Below, in pieces: positions 34,603 through 44,393 of a DNA stretch of 51,639 bases. Numbering within the stretch: position 1 is the stretch's first letter; each line of letters opens with the position of its first letter. The stretch is taken from contig JADGNU010000002.1 in assembly GCA_017883305.1 (NCBI GenBank), forward strand, positions 1-51,639, read 5' to 3'. The notes under the pieces were generated by a model that searched no databases, had not been told where the DNA came from, and saw only the letters and a list, made by a program, of their open reading frames with translations. The DNA comes from Candidatus Aminicenantes bacterium. Lineage in GTDB: Bacteria; Acidobacteriota; Aminicenantia; Aminicenantales; Saccharicenantaceae. The position numbers were made by a program, and so were the translations under genes.

Positions 34603-36927
34603 ATGAAGGGTTTTGCCAGCAAGACGGACAAGAAGGAGATCGATCTCCTCGAATACGTCCGGGTCGTGCTCAAGCGCAAGTGGGTCCTGGTGACGTTTGC
34701 CGCGGTCCTCGTCGCGCTCGCGGCCGTCCTGTCGTTCACGCGGACGCCGCTCTACCGGGCCACGGCCACGCTGCTCATCGATGAGCCGGGGACGAGCCTG
34801 CTCAACATCCAGGACGTGCTCAACTCCGGGGCCTACTACCGCAGCGACTACCTGGGCACGTATTTCAACACCCAGCTCCGGCTCCTGACCAGCCGGTCGC
34901 TGGCGGAACGGGTGGCCAAGAAGCTCAACCTCGGGGCCAGGCCCGAGTTCCGGATGGATGGCGGCGCCCGGGCCGGCTTCCTCGCCGGCCTGAAGTCCGT
35001 CATCACCTTCCGCTGGCTGGCCGGCCGCGGCCGGGGCGAAGCCGCGGACGCGGCCAAAGCCCCGCAGACGCCGGCTGTCTCGAGCTACGCCTTCGCCATC
35101 CAGAGCGGCCTGAGCATCGCGCCGATCCCCGAGACCCGCCTTGTCTATGTCAGCTATGTCTCGCCGCACGCCGCGCTCTCCGCCGACGTCATCAACGCCC
35201 TGGCCGAGGAGTTCGTCAGCTTCTCCGTCGAGACGCGCTACGAGGCGACGAAGCAGACCTCGGAGTTCCTGACCGAACAGACGGCCCTCCTCCGGGAGGA
35301 CCTCAAGCGCAAAGAGGAGGACCTCCAGAAATACGGGCAGGAGAAGGACCTCCTCTACCTCAGCGACAACGAGAGCACGGTGGTCAACAAGTTCGCCGAC
35401 GTCAACACGGCCCTGACCACGGCCCAGATCGAACGCTACGCCAAGGAGTCGGCCTATCTCGAGCTCAAGGGCCTCCGGGTCGACAGCCTGCCCGAGTCCG
35501 TCAGCAACCCGACCATCCAGGCCCTCCGGACGACCTACACCCAGGTCCAGTCCGATTTCGACGAGAAGGGCCGGATCTACCGCCCCGAGTATCCGGAGAT
35601 GGTCCAGCTCAAGGCCCGGCTCGATGCCACCCGCAACACGCTACAGGAGGAGATCCGCAAGGCCGTCGACTCCGCCGAAGCCGAATACCACGCCGCCCTC
35701 AAGAAAGAGAGCTCCCTCCAGGGGCTCCTCAATGAGCAGCGGGGCGACGTCACCCGGATGAACCGGAACGCGATCTTCTACCACACCCTGAGGACCGAGG
35801 TCGAGAACATGCGCACCCTGCTCAGCACCCTCGTCGCCAAGCAGAACGAGATCCAGGTCTCGAGCCAGCTCGGCGGCCTGAGGACGAGCAACATCAAGAT
35901 CGTCGACCGCGCCCTCGTGCCTCCCGGCCCGTTCTCCCCGAACGTCCGCCGGAACCTCCTCATGGCCCTCCTCCTCGGCCTCTTCGGGGGCCTGGGCCTG
36001 ATCTTCCTGGTCGAATATCTCGACAACAGTGTCAAGGGCCCCGAGGACGTCGAAAAGCTGGTCGGCCTGCCGTCGCTCGGCATCATCCCGTACCTTTCGG
36101 CCGAGGGGACGCGGAAGAGATCCGACGCCTACGGCTCCTCCCGGTCTTACGGGGCCGAACTGGCCAAGCCCGGCGAGGACCTGCCTGTCGTCCGGGAGAT
36201 CGAGCTCATCAACCATCTCTATCCCAAGTTCTCCATTGCCGAGGACTACCGGACGGTCCGGACCTCGATCCTGTTCTCCCACGCCGACAGCACGCCCAAG
36301 ACGATCGCCTTCACGAGCACCGTGCCGCAGGAGGGCAAGTCGGCCACGATCTCCAACCTGGCCGTTTCGTTCGCCCAGCTCGAGGGCAAGGTCCTCCTCG
36401 TCGACGCCGACTTGCGCAAGCCGCGCCTGAGCAAGATCTTCAACCTCAGGAACACCAACGGCCTGAGCAGCTTCCTCGCCGGCAAGTGCAGCTACGAGGA
36501 GGTCGTCCAGAAGACGAGCATCGACAACGTCTGGACGATCCCGAGCGGCCCCCATCCGCCGAACCCCGCCGAGCTGCTGAACTCGAAGGCGATGAAGGAG
36601 CTCCTGGCCCGGGCCAAAGACGAATACAGCGTCGTCCTCCTCGATACGCCGCCGGTGCTGGCCGTCATCGACCCGGTCATCGTCTGCTCGCTCGTCGATT
36701 CGACCGTCTTTATCGTCCGGGCCGGAAAGACGACCCGGCGGTCGCTCCAAAGGGCGGTCGAGGAAGTCCGCAAGTCCAAGGCCGACATCATCGGCGTCGT
36801 GTTCAACGAGGTCCGGATCGGGCGGCGGGGCATCGGCACGCCCTTCTATCACTATTATGAGTACGAATACGAATCGACGGCCTCGGCCAAGGCCGCTTCG
36901 AGCTCCGAGCGGCCAGGGAGTTCATGA
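34603..36927 (+). CDS. wzc: polysaccharide co-polymerase / BY-tyrosine autokinase (Wzc/GumC-type)
   Basis: A Wzz-like N-domain with TM helices is followed by a long coiled-coil periplasmic region. The C-terminal P-loop kinase has Walker A (TSTVPQEGKSAT), VLLVDADLRKP and VVLLDTPP. The terminal tyrosine cluster is FYHYYEYEYE. Confidence 0.85.
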   Translation: MKGFASKTDKKEIDLLEYVRVVLKRKWVLVTFAAVLVALAAVLSFTRTPLYRATATLLIDEPGTSLLNIQDVLNSGAYYRSDYLGTYFNTQLRLLTSRSLAERVAKKLNLGARPEFRMDGGARAGFLAGLKSVITFRWLAGRGRGEAADAAKAPQTPAVSSYAFAIQSGLSIAPIPETRLVYVSYVSPHAALSADVINALAEEFVSFSVETRYEATKQTSEFLTEQTALLREDLKRKEEDLQKYGQEKDLLYLSDNESTVVNKFADVNTALTTAQIERYAKESAYLELKGLRVDSLPESVSNPTIQALRTTYTQVQSDFDEKGRIYRPEYPEMVQLKARLDATRNTLQEEIRKAVDSAEAEYHAALKKESSLQGLLNEQRGDVTRMNRNAIFYHTLRTEVENMRTLLSTLVAKQNEIQVSSQLGGLRTSNIKIVDRALVPPGPFSPNVRRNLLMALLLGLFGGLGLIFLVEYLDNSVKGPEDVEKLVGLPSLGIIPYLSAEGTRKRSDAYGSSRSYGAELAKPGEDLPVVREIELINHLYPKFSIAEDYRTVRTSILFSHADSTPKTIAFTSTVPQEGKSATISNLAVSFAQLEGKVLLVDADLRKPRLSKIFNLRNTNGLSSFLAGKCSYEEVVQKTSIDNVWTIPSGPHPPNPAELLNSKAMKELLARAKDEYSVVLLDTPPVLAVIDPVIVCSLVDSTVFIVRAGKTTRRSLQRAVEEVRKSKADIIGVVFNEVRIGRRGIGTPFYHYYEYEYESTASAKAASSSERPGSS

Positions 36928-38318
36928 CCAAAAAGCCCCTCGACTACGCCCTCCTGGCCCTGCTCGCGTGGAGCCCTCTGCCCGCGGCTTCGGTCGAGGA
37001 GTGGTCGATCTTCGCCATCGAGCTGGCCGTGGCCGTCATGGCCGCCGGGTTCGTCCTGCTCGATCCCAAGCCGGCCCTCAATCCCCATCTGCCTCCGGTC
37101 CTGAAGCGGCTGCGGCCTGTGGTCATCGCTCTCTTCGGCTTCCTCGCCTTCCAGGTCGTGCCGCTGCCGGCCGGCCTGGTCGAGATCATCTCACCGGGGA
37201 GCTACGGCTTCCGCAAGCTCTATGCGCCCGAATTCCCGCGGATGAAATTCATGACCCTGTCGCTCGTCCCCGCGGCGACGATCGGCACGGGCCTCTTCCT
37301 CGCCGCGCTGGCCATTCTCGGCTTCCTCGTCCTGCGGACGGTCACCCGCGGCCGGCAGATCCGGACGATGCTCGCCGTGCTCGTCGGCTCCGGCGTCTTC
37401 CAGGCGCTCTACGGCCTGTTCGAGCTCACCCGCGACGACCCGCGCATCCTTTTCTATAAGAAGGTGTTCAGCCCCGACTCGGTGACCGGGACGTTCGTCA
37501 ACCGCAATCACTTCTCCGGCTACCTGGAGATGATCGTGCCGCTGGCCCTGGGGTTGGCCATCGCCCGGATGAACATGATGACCTTCGGCGTCAAGGGCTT
37601 CCGGGAGAAGCTCCTCCTCTGGACCTCCAAGGGCATCCTGGCGAACGTCCTCATCGTGGCTGCCGCCGTCGTCATGTCTCTGGCGATCGTGCTCTCGAAC
37701 TCGCGGTCGGGGCTGGTCGTCCTGTCTTTCACGGTCTTCCTTTTCTTCGGTTTCTCCGTTGCCGCCTTCAGCCGGGCGGGCTTCCGGGAGGCGTGGGTCG
37801 GAAAGACCGTCCGGGCGACGTTCCTGTGCGTCGCGGTCCTGGCCGTGACGGTCGGCGTCGGGTCGACCATCCGGCGCTTCGCCCTCGACGATCTCCTCCA
37901 CGAGGACCGACCCCAGTACTGGTCCAACACCGTCGAGATCATCGGGGATTTCCCGATCTTCGGCACCGGCCTGGGCACCTTCGCCTCGGCCTACGGCGCC
38001 TATGAAAAGACCAGCTCGACCGAGCTGCAGCTCATCCACGCCCACAACGATTACCTCGAATACATCGCCGAGCTCGGCCTCGCCGGCGCCATCCTCCTCA
38101 TCGGCATCGTCCTCTATCTCGCCGTGTCCGCCTATCTGGCCTGGCGGCAGCGGAGGAACGCGCAGGCGCGGGCGCTCGCCCTCGGCGGCATCGTCTCGCT
38201 CGCCGGGATCGGCCTTCACGCCGTCACGGATTTCAACCTGCACATCCCGGCCAACATGGTTCTCTTCACCGTCGTCCTGTGCCTGACCCTGGTCATGGCC
38301 TATTACCGGAAAAGCTGA
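36924..38318 (+). CDS. O-antigen ligase family membrane protein (second Wzy_C-type paralog)
   Basis: The ATG overlaps the wzc stop. Motifs GTFVNRNHFSGYLEM, NSRSGL and HAHNDYLEYIAELGLAGA are present, with about 11 TM segments. Confidence 0.75.
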   Translation: MTKKPLDYALLALLAWSPLPAASVEEWSIFAIELAVAVMAAGFVLLDPKPALNPHLPPVLKRLRPVVIALFGFLAFQVVPLPAGLVEIISPGSYGFRKLYAPEFPRMKFMTLSLVPAATIGTGLFLAALAILGFLVLRTVTRGRQIRTMLAVLVGSGVFQALYGLFELTRDDPRILFYKKVFSPDSVTGTFVNRNHFSGYLEMIVPLALGLAIARMNMMTFGVKGFREKLLLWTSKGILANVLIVAAAVVMSLAIVLSNSRSGLVVLSFTVFLFFGFSVAAFSRAGFREAWVGKTVRATFLCVAVLAVTVGVGSTIRRFALDDLLHEDRPQYWSNTVEIIGDFPIFGTGLGTFASAYGAYEKTSSTELQLIHAHNDYLEYIAELGLAGAILLIGIVLYLAVSAYLAWRQRRNAQARALALGGIVSLAGIGLHAVTDFNLHIPANMVLFTVVLCLTLVMAYYRKS

Positions 38319-38326
38319 GGTTTGAC

Positions 38327-40024
38327 TTGCCGAAGAAGGTCCTTACGATCGCCGCTCTCGCGGCCCTTGTCGTTCTCCAGGCCGCCTTCGCCTGGAACGC
38401 CCGGCTCTGCTGGCGGGCCAAGGCGGTCGCGACCGACCCGGACGAGAAGATCCGTCTTCTCCACCGGGCCGAGGCGGTTTTTCCCTGGAACGATGCCGTT
38501 CCTTTCGAGCTCGGCAAGGTCTATTTCGAGCGGGGCGCCGAGGCCCTGGGCGACCCGGCCGCGCGCGACGCTCTGTTCCGCCGGGCGTCCGAGTCGTTCC
38601 TCCGGTCGCTGCGCCTCAACCCCGGTTCTCCAGCGGCCCATTTCGAGCTCGGCCAGACGCTCCTCTATGCGAGCTATGCCGCTCTTCCGACGCCGCTCGC
38701 CTATTTCGACGAGTACCGGAGGGCGGCCGAGCTCACCGGACACAACAGCCAGATCCATTTCGACGCGGGCAAGGTCCTGCTCGGCAACTGGGACGCGCTC
38801 GCGCCGGGGGAGAAGGACTTCGTGGTTGGCCTCCTCAAGAGCTCGCTCCCCGGAAAAGGCGAAGAGCGCCTGCTCGACCTGCTCGAGACCTGGAACCTCA
38901 CGACCCGCGACCCCGGCCTCATCGACCGGATCCTGCCCGACGACGCCGCGGCGCTGAGGACCTACGCCCGGTTCCTCGGCGAGCGGTCGCTTCTGCTCGA
39001 CGCCCGGCAAACGGCGCTGGCCCGGGCCGAAGCCATCGAAGTCGCCCGGGCCGGGTCGGAGCTCGACCGGGGCCGCCGCGAAGCCGACTCGTTCCGCATG
39101 GCCGCGGCCTCGGCCCGCTCGGCCGCCGCGCTCGAGGCCCTCGGGTCGGTCAAGTTCTACCAGACCCTCGTCGGGAGAGAGCTCTTCGATCCCCGGGAAT
39201 TCGTCAGGATCAACAAGACCGCCAGGCGCCTGCTGGCCATGGCCCGGATCGAAGAGACACGCTCGCTCGCGGACGAGGACGGGACGATCGCCGCTTATCT
39301 CGACGCGGAGGACGAGTTCACCGCACTGGGCGAATTCGAGACGTTCATCAAGGAACGCGGGCTGCTCGACGAAGCCGGGACCGATTCCCCCTTCAAGGAT
39401 CTGAGGACCCTGGCTTTCCGCATGGGCCTCGATTTCAAGCTGAACCGGTACCGCGATATCGCCCGGGTGGGGAGTCTTCTCACGTCGAGCTCTCTCGTCA
39501 TCGCCCCGTCCGGGAAGCCGAGCTACGCCCGTATCCTCCGCCTGATCGGCGAATCCGATCTGAAGCTCGACAATGTCTATGAAGCCGGAGAGTTCTACCG
39601 GAAGGCCCGTGAGGCCGCACCGGGGGACCTCGAAGTCCTGTTGGGGCTCGAACGCTGCTATAGCCGGCTCAGCGACCAAGCCAAGGCCGACGAGGTCCGC
39701 CAAGCCATCGGCCGGCTCATAGGCCCGGGGGAGATCGACCTCGGGGGGCGCGTCATTGGCAAGGGCGAAACGGTCAAGATCGACCTGGTCACGTCCGGCG
39801 GGCCGAGGACGATCCGCCTCGAGTTCAGCCCCGCCGCGGCGGGCGGGCACCCGCTGGTGTCCGTCTTTCTCAACGGTCGCGTAGCCTGGGAAAAATATGG
39901 GGACACCGGCTCGGCCGAGTTCACTGGGACCTTGGGTGCGGGCCCGGCTTCCCTCGAGATATCCGCCGTCAGCGAACCGGTCGTTCTGGGCCGGATCGTG
40001 CTGGCCGGCGCGGCGACCCGTTGA
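38327..40024 (+). CDS. membrane-anchored helical-repeat (TPR-like) protein with a C-terminal beta-rich domain; unknown function
   Basis: I chose the TTG start at 38327 (after gagg) over the overlapping GTG at 38279. The TM anchor is VLTIAALAALVVLQAAFAW, followed by helical-repeat sequence. The start codon is uncertain. Confidence 0.55.
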   Translation: MPKKVLTIAALAALVVLQAAFAWNARLCWRAKAVATDPDEKIRLLHRAEAVFPWNDAVPFELGKVYFERGAEALGDPAARDALFRRASESFLRSLRLNPGSPAAHFELGQTLLYASYAALPTPLAYFDEYRRAAELTGHNSQIHFDAGKVLLGNWDALAPGEKDFVVGLLKSSLPGKGEERLLDLLETWNLTTRDPGLIDRILPDDAAALRTYARFLGERSLLLDARQTALARAEAIEVARAGSELDRGRREADSFRMAAASARSAAALEALGSVKFYQTLVGRELFDPREFVRINKTARRLLAMARIEETRSLADEDGTIAAYLDAEDEFTALGEFETFIKERGLLDEAGTDSPFKDLRTLAFRMGLDFKLNRYRDIARVGSLLTSSSLVIAPSGKPSYARILRLIGESDLKLDNVYEAGEFYRKAREAAPGDLEVLLGLERCYSRLSDQAKADEVRQAIGRLIGPGEIDLGGRVIGKGETVKIDLVTSGGPRTIRLEFSPAAAGGHPLVSVFLNGRVAWEKYGDTGSAEFTGTLGAGPASLEISAVSEPVVLGRIVLAGAATR

Positions 40025-40062
40025 CCATTCTATTTATTGGAAAATGAAATATTTAGATGGAC

Positions 40063-40092
40063 TTGACAAGGCCCCGAAGGGACGCCTATCAT
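40063..40092 (+). promoter_or_regulatory. sigma70-type promoter (TTGACA-18-TATCAT) with an AT-rich upstream tract
   Basis: TTGACA at 40063-40068 and TATCAT at 40087-40092. An AT-rich, UP-like stretch spans 40030-40058. The RBS aaggagaa precedes the ATG at 40116. Confidence 0.55.
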
Positions 40093-40115
40093 ATCTATCG
40101 CCAAGGAGAAAGCCC

Positions 40116-40898
40116 ATGAGGAGAGGTGCCAAGGGAGCAGTCTCATGGGGGCCGGCGCTGGCGCTGGTTCTCATGCTGACCTCATCGGTTGCCACCCCCC
40201 AGGAGTCCGCCAAGGGAAACCTGATCGGGTTCATCTTCGGCGCGGACGGCTCGACCCCGGTCGCGGGGGCCGTCGTCGTGGTCAAGAACCTGACCACCGG
40301 CGTCGTCACCGAAGCCGGTGAATCCGACGGGCTGGGTGTCTTCAAGGTCCCGGGGCTCAACGTCGGGCTCTATGCGCTCGGCGTCCGGTCGGCCGCGGGA
40401 AGCTACAACTCACAGGACTTCTTCGGGATCGCGGCCCAGAAGACGGCCAAGATCTCCATCGCCCTGAGCCCCTACGATCAGACCGCCATGGCCGGGGCCG
40501 CAGCAGTCATCAAGGAACAGCGGGCCAAGGGCGAGGCTTACATCGGGAAGGTCGTCAAGTATCACCCCGAGACGAAGGAAGCGGAAGTCCTGGTCGAGAT
40601 CGGGCTCATCCAGTCCGACGACCGCATTCATGTCAAAGGTCAAGCCACGGATTTCTATCAGGACATGAAAAATCTGAAGGCCTACGGGGCCAAGACGAAG
40701 CGCGTCACTTCCGGCTACACGGTCATCCTCAGGACGTCCAAGCCCTGCGAGGCGGGCGACTTCGTCTACATCGTCTGCAAGCGCGGCGTCCCGCCTTTCT
40801 TTCTGGCGCCGCTCGGCATCGCCGCGATCGTGGCCGGGGGCGTGCCCCTCGCCGCGACCTTCGAGGACGAGCCGGTATCGCCTTTTAAGATCAAGTAG
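40116..40898 (+). CDS. secreted/membrane-anchored protein: CarboxypepD_reg-like beta-sandwich, EF-Tu-domain-2-like barrel and C-terminal TM helix
   Basis: After a signal peptide, GADGSTPVAGAVVVVKNLTTGV...GVFKVPGLNVGLYALGV is a carboxypeptidase-regulatory-like fold pattern. GKVVKYHPETKEAEVLVEIGLIQSDDRIHVKGQATDF resembles small translation-factor-like beta-barrel proteins. The C-terminal hydrophobic helix is FFLAPLGIAAIVAGGVPLAA. Confidence 0.6.
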   Translation: MRRGAKGAVSWGPALALVLMLTSSVATPQESAKGNLIGFIFGADGSTPVAGAVVVVKNLTTGVVTEAGESDGLGVFKVPGLNVGLYALGVRSAAGSYNSQDFFGIAAQKTAKISIALSPYDQTAMAGAAAVIKEQRAKGEAYIGKVVKYHPETKEAEVLVEIGLIQSDDRIHVKGQATDFYQDMKNLKAYGAKTKRVTSGYTVILRTSKPCEAGDFVYIVCKRGVPPFFLAPLGIAAIVAGGVPLAATFEDEPVSPFKIK

Positions 40899-40918
40899 CC
40901 CCGAACGGGGACACCTCT

Positions 40919-42097
40919 TTGAGCGATCTTCATCCTTCGCGCCTTTTTGTCCTCTGCGCCCGTCCTGACGATGACGCGGGAGGGTCTTCGGAAGCGCTGC
41001 GCCTTGCGGCCTCCGTCCGCGATTGGGACAAGGCCCTCGCCAAGGCGGAAGGGGAGGGCCTTCTTCCCCTCCTCTACTGGACTCTCCGCGACGATCCCGG
41101 CGCCGTGCCGGGCGCTGTCCTGGAGACTCTCCGCCTGGCCTATCTGAGAAACCTGGCCCGGACGACCCAGGTCTACCGCGAGTTGGAGCTCTTTCTCGAA
41201 TCCGTACGCCGCGCCGGCCTCCGGGCGGCCCTTACCAAGGGCGGCCGGCTGGCCCTCGACGTCTACTCCGACACGGCCCTGCGTCCGTTCTGGGACGTGG
41301 ATTTCATCGTCCATCCGGCCGACTGGGCCCGGCTCCAAGGGATCCTGGCCGGCCTCGGTTTCGCCGAGGCTTCGGGCGCGCCCCCGGGAAGCTCCGGCGC
41401 GGCGGCGCGGGCCCTCGATTGGGCCTATTCGCCGTACTTCAAGAAGGGCTCGCTCTTTCTTGAATTCCATAGCAGTCCTTTCGGCCTGCATTTCCCCGGC
41501 AGCGGCGAGGATGGCTTTTGGTTTTCGGCCGGCCGGCTGAGAGTCCGCGGCACTGAAGCGCTGGTCTTGCCGGCCGAGAACGAGCTTTGTTATCTCTGCG
41601 TCCACGCCCAGCAACACTCTTACCAGAAGCTCATCTGGCTCGCCGACATCGCGCGGCTGGCGAGGCGGGCCGGCCTCGACTGGAACGGGGTCTGCCGCAT
41701 CGCCAGTGACGAGATGATCAAGGGACCCGTATTCTACGGCCTCCACCTGGTCGAATCCCTCTGGCCCGGATCCGTCCCGCCCGAGCCGCGGCGGCTCCTC
41801 TGTCCCGGTCCTATCGAATCGGCCGGGCTCCGTCTCCTCTGGCCGCCGGCGGCGACGGCCGCCCGGAGCGATGCGCCGGCCTGGCCTTATTACATGCCCT
41901 CGCTCTTCTCGCTCTGGGAGCGGCGCGATCCCGTGCTCGCCGCGCGAACCCTGGGCCAGATCTTCTTCCCGCCCAAGGCCTGGCTCGCGTCGGCGACGGG
42001 CGTTTCCGTCGATTCCCCATGGCTCTACGAACGGTACGCCGAGCGCCTCCTCAGGCCGGCCCTGACGATGATGCGGCGGATCATGGACCCGAAATGA
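40919..42097 (+). CDS. uncharacterised nucleotidyltransferase family protein (NTP_transf_5-like)
   Basis: TTG start. RPFWDVDFIVHPADW (a D-x-D within a nucleotidyltransferase-like strand) and the overall layout resemble PF14907-type proteins. The family call was made by eye only. Confidence 0.5.
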   Translation: MSDLHPSRLFVLCARPDDDAGGSSEALRLAASVRDWDKALAKAEGEGLLPLLYWTLRDDPGAVPGAVLETLRLAYLRNLARTTQVYRELELFLESVRRAGLRAALTKGGRLALDVYSDTALRPFWDVDFIVHPADWARLQGILAGLGFAEASGAPPGSSGAAARALDWAYSPYFKKGSLFLEFHSSPFGLHFPGSGEDGFWFSAGRLRVRGTEALVLPAENELCYLCVHAQQHSYQKLIWLADIARLARRAGLDWNGVCRIASDEMIKGPVFYGLHLVESLWPGSVPPEPRRLLCPGPIESAGLRLLWPPAATAARSDAPAWPYYMPSLFSLWERRDPVLAARTLGQIFFPPKAWLASATGVSVDSPWLYERYAERLLRPALTMMRRIMDPK

Positions 42098-42894
42098 ACG
42101 GGACCCCGGCCATCCTCGCCGAGAATCTGGTCAAGAGGTATCCCGTCGTTCGCGGCTTTCGGGAGCTCATCCTCAAGCCCTTCGACCGGCGGACGGTGAC
42201 CGCCCTCGACGGGGTCGATCTCGAAGTCGGGCGCGGCCGTGTCTTCTGCCTGCTCGGGCCCAACGGGGCCGGAAAGACGACGCTCATCAAGATCCTGGGG
42301 ACGCTCGTCCTCCCGGACGGCGGCCGGGCCGCGGTCGACGGCCACGACGTCGCCTTGGAGCCCGGACCGGCCAAGACCTCCGTCGGTTACGCCGTCGGGG
42401 ACGAGAGGAGCTTTTACTGGCGCCTGACCGGACGCCAGAACCTCGAGTTCTTCGCGGCCTTGTACGGACTGCGGGGCGCGGCCCGCGACCGCAAGGTCGG
42501 GGAGCTCATGCAGATCGCCGGACTCGATGGCGCGGCCGACCTCCGCTTCAACAGCTACTCGACCGGCATGCGCCAGATGCTTTCGTTCGCCCGGGCCCTG
42601 CTCGCCGACGCGGCCATCCTGCTCGTCGACGAGCCGACGAGGTCGCTCGACCCTCAGGCCGCCGACCGGACGAGGTCGTTCCTTCGTGACGAGCTCGCGG
42701 GGAAGCAGGGCAAGACGATCCTCTGGGCCACCCACGACCTCGGCGAGGCCGCCGACTGCGCCGACGACATCGCGGTCATCAGCCGCGGCCGCATCCGTCT
42801 GCGCGGCCCCGCCGCCAAGCTCGCCGCCGGGGGGCGCGCGTCCCTCCGCCAAGCGTACGAGCAGGCCGTCGACGATTCGGAGGTCGGGCCGTGA
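42094..42894 (+). CDS. ABC transporter ATP-binding protein (ABC-2/DRA-type)
   Basis: Walker A GPNGAGKTT, signature YSTGMRQ, Walker B ILLVDEP and H-loop ATHD. The ATG overlaps the upstream stop. Confidence 0.9.
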   Translation: MNGTPAILAENLVKRYPVVRGFRELILKPFDRRTVTALDGVDLEVGRGRVFCLLGPNGAGKTTLIKILGTLVLPDGGRAAVDGHDVALEPGPAKTSVGYAVGDERSFYWRLTGRQNLEFFAALYGLRGAARDRKVGELMQIAGLDGAADLRFNSYSTGMRQMLSFARALLADAAILLVDEPTRSLDPQAADRTRSFLRDELAGKQGKTILWATHDLGEAADCADDIAVISRGRIRLRGPAAKLAAGGRASLRQAYEQAVDDSEVGP

Positions 42895-43724
42895 CGCCGG
42901 AAGCGCGGCGGCAGCAGCCCGGCCCCGCGATCCTGGCCGCGTTCGTCCGGCGCGATCTTCGCGAGGCCCTGACCTACAAGTTCTCCTTCCTCTCCTCCGT
43001 CGTCGGCATCCTCCTGTCGTCGGCGACGTTCTACTTCGTGGCCAAGCTCGTTCCGTCGTCGACGCCGTCCCTCGGGCCCTTCGGCGGCGATTATTTTTCA
43101 TTCGCCGTCGTCGGCGTGGCGTTCGCCGGGCTCCTAGGCATGTTCGAGGAGGGCTTGGCCTCGGTCGTCCGCAGCGCCCAGCTCTCCGGAACGCTCGAGG
43201 CCCTGCTCGTGACGCCGGTTCCCGTCCCGGTCATCCTCTTCGGGTCGTCGCTCTACTCGCTCCTCTTCCAAGTCTCCCGCACGGCCCTCCACCTCGCCGT
43301 CGCCCTGGCCTTCTTCGGCCTGGCCTTGGGCCGGATCAACGCGGCCGGGGTCCTCACGGTCGGTATCCTGACCGTCATCTGCTTCCTCAGTGTCGGCGTC
43401 CTTTCGGCGAGCTTCATCCTCGTTTACAAGACCGGCAATCCCTTCAGCTGGATCCTCGGGACGGTCTCGGGGCTTCTCGGCGGCGTCGTCTTTCCGGTCG
43501 CCCTTCTTCCCGCCTGGATCCGCTGGGTTTCCTCGCTCCTTCCGGTCACTTATGCGCTCGACGGCATGAGGAAGAGCCTCCTCGCTTCGTCTTCTTTCGC
43601 CGAGATACTGCCCGACGTCGCCGCCCTGGCGGCGTTCAGCGCCCTCCTCGTTCCGCTGAGCCTCGTCGCCTTCCGCTGGGCCGTCCGCAAGGCCAAGAAA
43701 GACGGCTCGCTCTCCCACTTCTAA
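42891..43724 (+). CDS. ABC-2 type transporter permease
   Basis: The GTG start overlaps the ATPase stop. The 277-aa product has 6 TM segments and an N-terminus RDLREALTYKFSF typical of ABC-2 permeases. Confidence 0.8.
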   Translation: MTPEARRQQPGPAILAAFVRRDLREALTYKFSFLSSVVGILLSSATFYFVAKLVPSSTPSLGPFGGDYFSFAVVGVAFAGLLGMFEEGLASVVRSAQLSGTLEALLVTPVPVPVILFGSSLYSLLFQVSRTALHLAVALAFFGLALGRINAAGVLTVGILTVICFLSVGVLSASFILVYKTGNPFSWILGTVSGLLGGVVFPVALLPAWIRWVSSLLPVTYALDGMRKSLLASSSFAEILPDVAALAAFSALLVPLSLVAFRWAVRKAKKDGSLSHF

Positions 43725-43780
43725 CCGACCGTTCCTTCCTCTCCCCCAATCTGCTAACATAAGGGCGGAAGCTCGAGCCG

Positions 43781-44392
43781 ATGACAAGACGATATCTGCC
43801 GGGGCTGGCGGTCTTCGCGGCCCTGACCATCCTCGCGGCCGCCGCCGGCGCGGTCTTGGCCGAAGTCCCCCCCGAGATCAGGGCCAAAGCGGCCGGGATC
43901 TTCGCCGCGCTGAAGAGAATCGAGGCCGAAGCGGAACGAACGCCGGCCCGGGCGGTTCCGTCTTCGACCGCGGCCAAGCCCGGCTCCCGCAGCCTGACCT
44001 TCAGCGAGGACGAGCTCAACGCCTATGCCGCCTGCCGGACCGAGGACGAACCCTACGTCAAAGCGGCCGTCCTCAAGCTCCTGGCCGGCGACAAGATCGA
44101 AGGCCGCATCACCATCGACCTCGGCAAGCCCCAGGCCTCCGGCCTCATCCAGCAAAAGCAGGACTTGCTCTTCGCGGCCCGCGTCGAAACGCGCGACGGC
44201 AAAATCCGCATCAATATGGACAGCCTCTATCTCGGCACCCAGGCCATTTCGCCGGCCTTCATCGACGTCATCATCGGCATCGTCTCGCGTCTCCAGGGCG
44301 TCGAGCCGACGACCCTCAAGGACTGGTACGACCTGCCGCCGGGCGTCCTTCGCCTCGAATCCCGGCCCGGCAAGGTCGTCGTTATCTACTGA
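43781..44392 (+). CDS. secreted hypothetical protein
   Basis: It has a signal peptide (LPGLAVFAALTILAAAAGAVLAEV). I recognised no motif. Confidence 0.6.
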   Translation: MTRRYLPGLAVFAALTILAAAAGAVLAEVPPEIRAKAAGIFAALKRIEAEAERTPARAVPSSTAAKPGSRSLTFSEDELNAYAACRTEDEPYVKAAVLKLLAGDKIEGRITIDLGKPQASGLIQQKQDLLFAARVETRDGKIRINMDSLYLGTQAISPAFIDVIIGIVSRLQGVEPTTLKDWYDLPPGVLRLESRPGKVVVIY

Positions 44393-44393
44393 C

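Noticed and set aside
38318-38340. A partial match to the repeat core (GAGGTTTGACTTGCCGAAGAAGG) at the junction of the ligase-like and TPR-like genes. GGTTTGACGG near 25983 is similar.
   Set aside because: Only about 9 nt match, with no inverted partner and no hairpin. This is most likely chance.
40776-40898. The C-terminal hydrophobic tail of the CarboxypepD_reg-like protein as a PEP-CTERM or other sorting signal. The EPS locus context made this tempting.
   Set aside because: There is no PEP tripeptide before the helix and no Arg-rich cluster after it. The tail ends FEDEPVSPFKIK, so I treated it as a simple membrane anchor.
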